From NCBI GenBank assembly GCA_038523235.1, contig JBCBJQ010000133.1, positions 1-13,924 on the forward strand: DNA of 13,924 bases, read 5' to 3'. Positions within the stretch are counted from its first letter, which is position 1. Every line of letters starts with the position of its first letter. The DNA comes from Cyanobacteria bacterium J06626_4 (GTDB taxonomy: Bacteria; Cyanobacteriota; Cyanobacteriia; Phormidesmidales; Phormidesmidaceae). The position numbers and the translations under genes were made by a program. The notes under the pieces were generated by a model. It ran no database searches and had not been told where the DNA came from. It saw only the letters and a list, made by a program, of their open reading frames with translations. Shown in pieces: positions 7,619 through 13,924 of this stretch.

Positions 7619-7721
7619 AGAAAACGTTTCCAAAAATGGGATGGGATGTTACTTAAGCGCAGATTCCTGAGCAATCACTTCCAAGGTTCCAAAAAGGCGT
7701 TTAGTGCATTGAGCTAAAACG

Positions 7722-7943
7722 TTATGCAGCAGTACAGACAGTCGTGGGTTGGGGCAAGCGATCGCCAGTCGCTTCATAGGCCATGACTAGAGATTCAAGG
7801 GTCTCAGTGCCATTGCTGACGGCCTCTTCATAAGTTTCGCCGTGAGTGCGCCATGTCTGGCCCGGAAAATCAGGAAACCCGACCAGAAAGCAACTATCTT
7901 CCTCCGACCATTGAATGACCATTTGATACTTCAGCTTATTCAT
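7722..7943 (-). CDS. hicB: HicB-family antitoxin, short form
   Basis: Y-x-x-VIQWSEED..F.V.FPDFPG..THGETYEEAV pattern and LPQP end; start overlaps the hicA stop (ATGAATAA). Confidence 0.92.
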   Translation of the reverse strand: MNKLKYQMVIQWSEEDSCFLVGFPDFPGQTWRTHGETYEEAVSNGTETLESLVMAYEATGDRLPQPTTVCTAA

Positions 7944-8145
7944 CTTGGGCTTCCTCTACCTGTCGAATGGCGCTTGAAACTTCTTTTTCTTGATAAGGCT
8001 TAGCATCTGCTCCATCTTTTCCAGAAACAGTTATCTTGCCTTGATAAAGCGGATGTACCCAGTTCGTGTGACTACCTTTGCCAGGCAGCACGTTAAATCC
8101 AGCCTTACGGAGTTGCTGTTTAAGCTCGCGAATTTTCTTTGGCAT
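7936..8145 (-). CDS. hicA: HicA-family mRNA interferase toxin
   Basis: Basic 69-aa protein with L..AGF...GKGSH..W.HP; directly upstream of hicB. ATG 8145 preferred over GTG 8148. Confidence 0.92.
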   Translation of the reverse strand: MPKKIRELKQQLRKAGFNVLPGKGSHTNWVHPLYQGKITVSGKDGADAKPYQEKEVSSAIRQVEEAQDE

Positions 8146-8313
8146 CACGCCAACCGTTCTGGAAAGGCTTCATCGATCTAACACTGGTATCGTTCTCTGA
8201 CACTAATCGGTTCGAGGAAAAGCAAATGGTTAGAAACATGATAACCCCTCTACTTTTCTAAACTGTTCGCGACTTTTAGCGAGTAGCATCTCCCGATCGC
8301 CCCGGATCGCGCT

Positions 8314-11300
8314 TCAGTGGATAGGTGCGGCAGCGGTTGAGTCGATCTCTGCCGTCGTCGGTACTTCTTCTGTCGCCTGCCCTTTACCCGACCGGCTGAT
8401 GATGATGTTCATGGCCGGAATGTAATAGAGCGCCAGCAGCGTCGCACCGCCGAGGCCGCCCGCGATCGCGATCGCCAACGGTGGCCAAAAGCCAGTGCGA
8501 TCCATCAGGAGGGGAATGAACCCGGTGATAGTGGTTAGTGTGGTGGCGACCACGTGACGGGTGGCGTGCATCACCACGGCTTCCGTGGCGGCTGCATCGC
8601 CGCGTCGCGCCGCCGGATCTTCGCGCAGGGCGGCCAGCACCACAATGGAATCGTTGATGGCCAAACCAATCAAGCCCAACGTGCCGAGAATTGCGGTGAA
8701 CCCAAACAGTGACCCAAACAGCTTGAGGGCCAGGGCTGCCAGCCCCACCGCCAACAGCGCCACAGAGCCCAATAGCGCCGCCAACCCAAAGGAATTAAAT
8801 GACAGCACCAGCGTCGCCGTCATCAAAATCGTGAGTACGCCCACCACGGCCAGCAGATTGGCGACAGCGCTGCCCCGCGCATCAGCTTCGCCGCCATAGG
8901 CCAGACGATAGCCCGGCGGCAACTGCCAGTCGTCGTCGCGTAGCTGCTGTTGAAATTGCGTCAGCACCGTATCGGGCACCGCGCCTGCAGTCAAAAAGGC
9001 CCGCACGGTATTGATCCGCTGTCCCTGACGCCGGGTGATGGTGGCGAGATCGGGTTCTAGGGTGACCGTGGCCAGCGCGGTCAAGGGCACCGTGCCCCCA
9101 TGATCCGGGTTCACCAAATCGAGCGCGGTGATTTGCTCCAGGTCGTCACGTTGGGCATTGGCCACGCGCACGCGCACCGGTAGGGTTTCGGTATCATCCA
9201 AAATGGAGCCGCCCACTGCACCATCCAGCGTCGTCTGCAACTGCTGGGCGATCGCTTGATTATCAAAGCCAGCCTGGCGGGCCTGCGTTTCATCCACCTG
9301 CAAGGCCAGCTTCGGCAGGGCTTCGGTGAGGCTGGCGCTGGTGTGGGTGACCGGCGCAAACTGTGATAGCCGATAGCGCAAATCATTGCCAATTTCCCGC
9401 AGTTCGCCTAGGTCGGAGCCAAAAATCTCTAGCTCAATGGGGGCATCAAAAGGGGGACCTTGCTCTAGCTGTTTGACTAAAATCTGCGCCTCGGGAAAGG
9501 CCGCATCTAACTCAGTCTGCAGGTCTTGAATGGTCTCGCGCAGGCGATCGGTGCCGGTGAGCTGCACAATGCCCTGGGCGTAGTAGGGGGCATTTTCGCG
9601 ACCGCTAATCACGTTGTAAAAAAAGGCGGGGGCGCTTTCGCCGATAAACCAGTGAATGTCTTCAACTTGGGGATGCTGCTGCAGGCGATCACGCGCTGTC
9701 AATACGACCGACTCGGTTTGGGCGATCGCGCTTTGATTCGACAGCTGCACTTCAATTTGAAACTGATCGCGGTTGGTCGGCGGGAAAAACTGTTGCTCCA
9801 GCGTGCCAAAGACAGCAAAGCCGATGACGGGCAGCACTAACGTCAGCGCCACTCCCAGCCACGGTCGGCGAAAGGCGCGGCGCAGACTGCCACGATACCC
9901 TCGAGCTAACGCCGCGTTAGAAAAGCCATGTAGCCACCAGTCGGCCTGCCAACCGCCGGGCTGCCAATGATGCAGCCGACCAGCCAGGGCAGTAATCACC
10001 GTGAGCGATAAAAAGAGGGAGCTAATCAGCGCCAAAATCACCGTCAGGCCAATAGTGCCAATAAACTCACCTGTGCCCCCCGAGGAGGTGGCAATGGGCA
10101 CAAAGGCCAGCACCGTCGTTAGGGTCGAGGCTAGCAGCGGCACCCACAGATGGCCCACGGTTTCGCCTACGGCAGCGGCGGGCGATCGCCCTGAGCGCAG
10201 GCGACCCTGCACTTCATCCACGACGACGATCGCATTATCAATCAACAGCCCCAGGGCAATAATGATGCCGGTTACCGACATTTGATGCAGCGGCACGCCG
10301 AGCACCCGCATCCAGCCAAACACCATCAACGTAGTGAGCGGTAGGGCGAGGCCCACCAGCAGCGCCGACTTGCCGCCCAAAACCAGCAGCGACAGGGCAA
10401 ACACCAACAGTGACCCGACGATCAGATTGCTGACGACGCCATTGAGCCGCTGCTGTACATACTGGCTTTGATCCAGCACCACATGCACCCCGAGGCCATC
10501 CGACAGGGTCGCCTCAAACTCCGCCAAGACGGCCCGCGCGTCCTGTGCCCAGAGATCAACCCGGTAGTCCGATTCCACCGTCGCCGAGATGACAACCGCC
10601 GGATGGCCACTCACCACCGCCAGAGTCGGGGCCGGATCTTCCACCCCCTGGCTGACCTGGGCGATTTGCCCCAACTGCGCCGTGGCCCCAGCCTGCCCCA
10701 CTTGAATCGGGATGGTGCGAATGCGGTCTAATGACTCTAGCGCGCTATCGACTTCGAGCAGCAGCTCGTCGCGATCGCTGGTGAGCTGCCCGGCGGCAAC
10801 TTTGGCGTCACTGGCGGCAATCTGCTGGGAGAGCGACTGGGCGGTGAGTCCCAAGCGTGCCAGCTCGCTCGCCGTCACTTCCACCTGAATCTCTTCGTCC
10901 AGACTGCCAAATCGCTCTACTTTGTTGCTGCCGGGGAGCGATCGCAGCGTATCTTCTAACCCTGCGGCTAAGCGTCCCAAAATGATGTAGTTGGGCGGGC
11001 TGGGGAGTTCCCAGGTGAGGCCGACAATCAGGGCGCTGGCGGTCACGTCGCTATCGCGATATTGCGAATCAGACGCCTCGGCTGGCAGGTCGGGCACGGC
11101 ATCATCAATCTGCGATCGCACTTCAGCCCATACCGGCTCGACGTCTCGGATGCTGTCTTTCAGCTGAATGGCGATGACGGAAACGCCAGAACTAGAGCTG
11201 GATTCCAGCGTATCGATCGCCTCTAATTCAAACAGCTGATCTTCCAGCGGCTGAGTCACCAACGATTCCACGCGCTCGGGGGTGGCACCGGGCAAAAAGG

Positions 11301-11439
11301 TGACAATCTGAGCATTGCGCTGGGTGATTTGGGGATCTTCCATACGTGGCAGGCTGAGCAGCGCGGAAACGCCCCAGACGACTACTAGGGCCAGCGTTAA
11401 CACCAGCAGCTGTCGATTGCGGTAAAAGAGATTCAGCAT
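8314..11439 (-). CDS. RND efflux transporter permease (AcrB/AcrD/AcrF family)
   Basis: 1041 aa with duplicated TM/periplasmic topology; LPRMEDP, PGATPERVESLVTQPLE, GLLIDNAIVVVD, ASTLTTVLAFVP, FFPPTNR, FWPPLAIAIAGGL. Confidence 0.97.
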   Translation of the reverse strand: MLNLFYRNRQLLVLTLALVVVWGVSALLSLPRMEDPQITQRNAQIVTFLPGATPERVESLVTQPLEDQLFELEAIDTLESSSSSGVSVIAIQLKDSIRDVEPVWAEVRSQIDDAVPDLPAEASDSQYRDSDVTASALIVGLTWELPSPPNYIILGRLAAGLEDTLRSLPGSNKVERFGSLDEEIQVEVTASELARLGLTAQSLSQQIAASDAKVAAGQLTSDRDELLLEVDSALESLDRIRTIPIQVGQAGATAQLGQIAQVSQGVEDPAPTLAVVSGHPAVVISATVESDYRVDLWAQDARAVLAEFEATLSDGLGVHVVLDQSQYVQQRLNGVVSNLIVGSLLVFALSLLVLGGKSALLVGLALPLTTLMVFGWMRVLGVPLHQMSVTGIIIALGLLIDNAIVVVDEVQGRLRSGRSPAAAVGETVGHLWVPLLASTLTTVLAFVPIATSSGGTGEFIGTIGLTVILALISSLFLSLTVITALAGRLHHWQPGGWQADWWLHGFSNAALARGYRGSLRRAFRRPWLGVALTLVLPVIGFAVFGTLEQQFFPPTNRDQFQIEVQLSNQSAIAQTESVVLTARDRLQQHPQVEDIHWFIGESAPAFFYNVISGRENAPYYAQGIVQLTGTDRLRETIQDLQTELDAAFPEAQILVKQLEQGPPFDAPIELEIFGSDLGELREIGNDLRYRLSQFAPVTHTSASLTEALPKLALQVDETQARQAGFDNQAIAQQLQTTLDGAVGGSILDDTETLPVRVRVANAQRDDLEQITALDLVNPDHGGTVPLTALATVTLEPDLATITRRQGQRINTVRAFLTAGAVPDTVLTQFQQQLRDDDWQLPPGYRLAYGGEADARGSAVANLLAVVGVLTILMTATLVLSFNSFGLAALLGSVALLAVGLAALALKLFGSLFGFTAILGTLGLIGLAINDSIVVLAALREDPAARRGDAAATEAVVMHATRHVVATTLTTITGFIPLLMDRTGFWPPLAIAIAGGLGGATLLALYYIPAMNIIISRSGKGQATEEVPTTAEIDSTAAAPIH

Positions 11440-11676
11440 AGTTGGGGATGGCTCAACAATATGGCAGCGGAAGACCGAGTCAGGGCGCTTTTAATTGGCT
11501 GGAGGGCAGGGGAGAGGGGGCAGGGAAGAAACAGTTTCCAACAATCCTTTAATGCAGATCGCGGGGGGTTGGTACTGCCAAAACCTGACAGAAAGTTGTT
11601 GTTATACAGGATGGGGATTCAGCGCAGAACCCTTGAGAACTGGCGTGACCATCCAGTTTCCGGGGCAGACTCTCGA

Positions 11677-13041
11677 CTACGGGCTGGTTGGTTGAACCCG
11701 TTCACCGGGCACGATGCGGTGGGTGCCAGCGGCGATCGCCTGCTCCCCGGCCTGCAACGTGCCCTGTACTAAACTGCGATCGCCGTCAGTGTGCACCACC
11801 GTCACCTCGCGTCGGCCCACCACGTAGGTTTCTGGGGCACCGTCGCGAGTTAATTCGGCTGCGGACTCTGGCTCTGTCAACACATAGACCGACCACAGAC
11901 CCCGCTCGCCAGGCACCAGAGCTGAGGTGGGTAGCCAGATGCCCTCAGCTGGTTGGGTTTCTGCAATCACTAGTCGCACCGTTTGGCCGAGGGTCGAGTC
12001 GCTGCTGGGCACCTGCAGAATGGCCGTCACCGTACGACTGGTGGCATCTAACTGGGGCAACATGGCCGTCAGGGTTGCTGTTGTGGTGCGATCGCCGACG
12101 GTGATTTGCTGTTCGCTGCCGATCCGCAGCCGGTCGGCGACAGCGGGAGGCACCCCAATGCGAACTTCGCGCGGTCCTGCGGCGACAAGTTCCAGTACGG
12201 TTTGCCCCGGATTAATGATGGTGCCTTCGTCTACGAGGCGGCTGTTGACCTCGCCCTCAAACGGGGCAATTAGCACGCTTTTATCCAGCTCTACATCAAT
12301 CTGACCCAGACTGCCCTCTAGCTGGCTGACCCGCGCGGCCTGGGCGTCCAGCTGTTCAATGCGGGTACCGGCTTCCAGTTCCGCTAGCTGATTCTGGGCT
12401 TGGGCCAGGCGATTTTCTAACGCGCCGGTGCGAAAGCTTTCCTGATCAAATTCTTCGAGTGAAACAGCTCCCTGGGCATAGAGGTCGGCGCGGCGATCGC
12501 GCTGCAGCCGCGCCAAAGCCAACTCCTGTTCGATTTCAGCCACTGCCGCTGCTGCCGTTGCGATATCTTCGGACCGGGGGCCGGCCTGCAGTTCGCGCAG
12601 TTGAGCTAGGGCCGTCTGGCGCTGCGCTTCGACCTGTTCTCGCTGGGCGATCAGCGCCCGCGTATCGAGCCGGGCTAAGGGCTGACCAGCTTCTACGCGA
12701 TCGCCCTCATCCACCAGTAAGGTGGCCACGCTGCCGGTGCGCTCAAAGCCCAGATTGCTGCTGCGTTCTGCCACCAATTCGCCGGTGTAGGTGCGCTCAG
12801 TGGTGTAGCTGTTGACCGCCTCTGCCACTGTCACGTCAACCGGCAACGCTGAGGTCACTTCAGCCGGGGAGTTCCCCGCGCCCAGCGATCGCACCCAATA
12901 GCCAGTGCCGATGGTCGCAGCGAGACAAATCGGCAGTGCCCACCATAGGCGACGTGAGGCTTGGAACGGGAGCGATCGCGATTCAGTCGTAGCGGCATCA
13001 GGAGCTTCGCCCCCAACAGATGACATGGGTTTAGCAATCAT
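11677..13041 (-). CDS. RND periplasmic adaptor (membrane fusion protein)
   Basis: N-terminal TM anchor; lipoyl half-motifs G.V..LLVDEGDRVEAGQPLARLD and LIAPFEGEV; long alpha-hairpin; C-terminal V.G.LQAGEQ. Start ATG 13041 (or 13026) rather than track TTG 13068, which lies inside an operator-like palindrome. Confidence 0.93.
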   Translation of the reverse strand: MIAKPMSSVGGEAPDAATTESRSLPFQASRRLWWALPICLAATIGTGYWVRSLGAGNSPAEVTSALPVDVTVAEAVNSYTTERTYTGELVAERSSNLGFERTGSVATLLVDEGDRVEAGQPLARLDTRALIAQREQVEAQRQTALAQLRELQAGPRSEDIATAAAAVAEIEQELALARLQRDRRADLYAQGAVSLEEFDQESFRTGALENRLAQAQNQLAELEAGTRIEQLDAQAARVSQLEGSLGQIDVELDKSVLIAPFEGEVNSRLVDEGTIINPGQTVLELVAAGPREVRIGVPPAVADRLRIGSEQQITVGDRTTTATLTAMLPQLDATSRTVTAILQVPSSDSTLGQTVRLVIAETQPAEGIWLPTSALVPGERGLWSVYVLTEPESAAELTRDGAPETYVVGRREVTVVHTDGDRSLVQGTLQAGEQAIAAGTHRIVPGERVQPTSP

Positions 13042-13084
13042 GGAATCTGCCCAGAAGGTTTTACACAACTAGTTGGTATTCAAC

Positions 13085-13113
13085 TTGTTGCTTATACTTC
13101 CAGAGCTTATACT
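13085..13113 (+). promoter_or_regulatory. Putative sigma70-type promoter for padR
   Basis: TTGTTG (13085-90), 17-nt spacer, TATACT (13108-13). Confidence 0.5.
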
Positions 13114-13133
13114 CAACTTATTGAATATGTCAA
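13104..13133 (-). promoter_or_regulatory. Putative sigma70-type promoter for the efflux genes
   Basis: Minus strand perfect TTGACA (13133-28), 18-nt spacer, TAAGCT (13109-04); alternatively 16-nt spacer to TATAAG. Confidence 0.55.
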
Positions 13134-13156
13134 ACGATTGGTTGACCCGTTGATTT

Positions 13157-13753
13157 ATGGCCTTGGCGCATACGATTTTGACCGTGCTTTCTGAGCATCC
13201 GGCAAGTGGCTACGACATCAGCAAGCAGTTTGAGAAAACCGTGAGCTGCTATTGGAAAGCGAGCCAGCAGCAGATTTACCGCGAACTGGGCAAGCTGGAG
13301 GAAAAAGGCTGGGCAGCTTATGAATTAGCGCCCCAAGACGGCAAACCCGACAAGAAGATCTACGCCATCACCGCCTCAGGTCGGGCCGAACTACATCGCT
13401 GGTACGGGGAGCCCACCGAGCCGACCCCGATCCGTGAAGATTTGCTCGTTAAAGTTTTGGGCGGTGCCCACATGCCTAACGACATGCTCATTCGTGAGCT
13501 GCAGCGTCGCCGTCAGATGCATTTAGATCAAAGGCTGGCGTATCAAGCAATGGAAGCGCAGTACCAATCCTATGCCCAACCTACTGCCCAAGAACGTTAC
13601 CGTTACCTGACCCTGCGCCGAGGTCTGCGCTACGAGCAAGACTGGATTGACTGGTGTGATGAGGTCTTAGAGTTTTTGCAGCAGGTGAATGCAGTCAAAG
13701 AGAGTGGAGGGTGGGGAGTAGGGGGTAAAGGCACGAAGGAGCAGAGGTATTAG
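13157..13753 (+). CDS. PadR-family transcriptional regulator, AphA-like (wHTH plus C-terminal dimerisation helices)
   Basis: SGYDISKQF, YWKASQQQIYRELGKLE, PDKKIYAITASGRAEL, IREDLLVK, LTLRRGLRYEQDWIDWCDE; divergent from the efflux genes. Confidence 0.95.
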   Translation: MALAHTILTVLSEHPASGYDISKQFEKTVSCYWKASQQQIYRELGKLEEKGWAAYELAPQDGKPDKKIYAITASGRAELHRWYGEPTEPTPIREDLLVKVLGGAHMPNDMLIRELQRRRQMHLDQRLAYQAMEAQYQSYAQPTAQERYRYLTLRRGLRYEQDWIDWCDEVLEFLQQVNAVKESGGWGVGGKGTKEQRY

Positions 13754-13836
13754 TAGGAGTACAGGAGTACTAAACGCTTCTGCTTTGAGGCTTTTTCTTA
13801 TTTGAGCACCCTCTACTCTCTACCCCCACCCTCTAC
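13704..13836. repeat. Foldback element with inverted arrays of heptamer (STRR-like) repeats and an inner stem
   Basis: Left GTGGAGG-GTGGGGA-GTAGGGG-GTAAAGG (13704-31); right CCTCTAC-TCTCTAC-CCCCAC-CCTCTAC (13810-36); inner AGCAGAGG..TTAGTA pairs with TACTAA..CTTCTGCT around AGGAGTAC x2 (13755-70). Confidence 0.75.
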
Positions 13837-13924
13837 ATTCCCTAATCACGTGATGTGCAATTAAGCGATTTCCAATTCAAGCTTTAATCAGATCCTCAAA
13901 TCTCAGATAGGGCCTGCCTTTGAG

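Larger units (their letters stand above)
1..12979. repeat. HIP1 highly iterated palindrome GCGATCGC, about 25 dispersed copies
   Basis: Copies read at 1, 1420, 2499, 4061, 4283, 5117, 6037, 6850, 7185, 7758, 8462, 8468, 9248, 9722, 10182, 10771, 10938, 11112, 11732, 11776, 12088, 12493, 12697, 12885, 12972. This density is an established cyanobacterial signature. Confidence 0.95.
13062..13140. promoter_or_regulatory. Array of 3-4 palindromic operator-like sites (core CAA-N4-TTG), putative PadR/AphA boxes
   Basis: CAACTAGTTG 13066-75, CAACTTGTTG 13081-90, CAACTTATTG 13114-23, weaker CAAACGATTG 13131-40, all in the gap between the divergent adaptor and regulator genes. Confidence 0.7.

Noticed and set aside
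8179..8213. Loose direct repeat CTAACACT..ATCG.TTC / CTGACACT..ATCGGTTC upstream of hicA
   Set aside because: Needs gaps to align; too degenerate to call.
7990..13037. Alternative ORFs over hicA and the RND/adaptor genes, including 11461-11772 and 11495-11695
   Set aside because: Antisense or off-frame shadows without motifs.
1..13924. CRISPR array, rRNA/tRNA, transposase, integrase or reverse transcriptase
   Set aside because: No regularly spaced repeat-spacer units, no structural-RNA signatures, and no ORF with the relevant catalytic motifs.

Overview
Cyanobacterial chromosomal DNA, judged by about 25 HIP1 octamers (GCGATCGC, counted by eye); the GC-rich coding style suggests a Leptolyngbya/Nodosilinea-like filamentous strain (inference). 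Left to right: a heptad-repeat coiled-coil protein; an AT-rich two-TM hypothetical; a minus-strand pair encoding an exported FAD-dependent oxidoreductase and a HAD phosphatase; a Zn-ribbon/2-TM/coiled-coil hypothetical; a 587-bp non-coding region; a NafY/NifY-type FeMo-cofactor carrier gene with a small acidic partner and no other nif genes in the window; a GTAG-type REP palindrome; a hicAB toxin-antitoxin pair; and an RND permease plus adaptor divergent from an AphA/PadR regulator. Most of this is recognisable biology, and I cannot demonstrate a new system from sequence alone. Best leads: the stand-alone nafY-like operon with two covarying upstream hairpins, a readable AphA-like operator array over overlapping divergent promoters, a rewired RND proton-relay motif, and a heptamer-armed foldback overlapping the padR 3' end.
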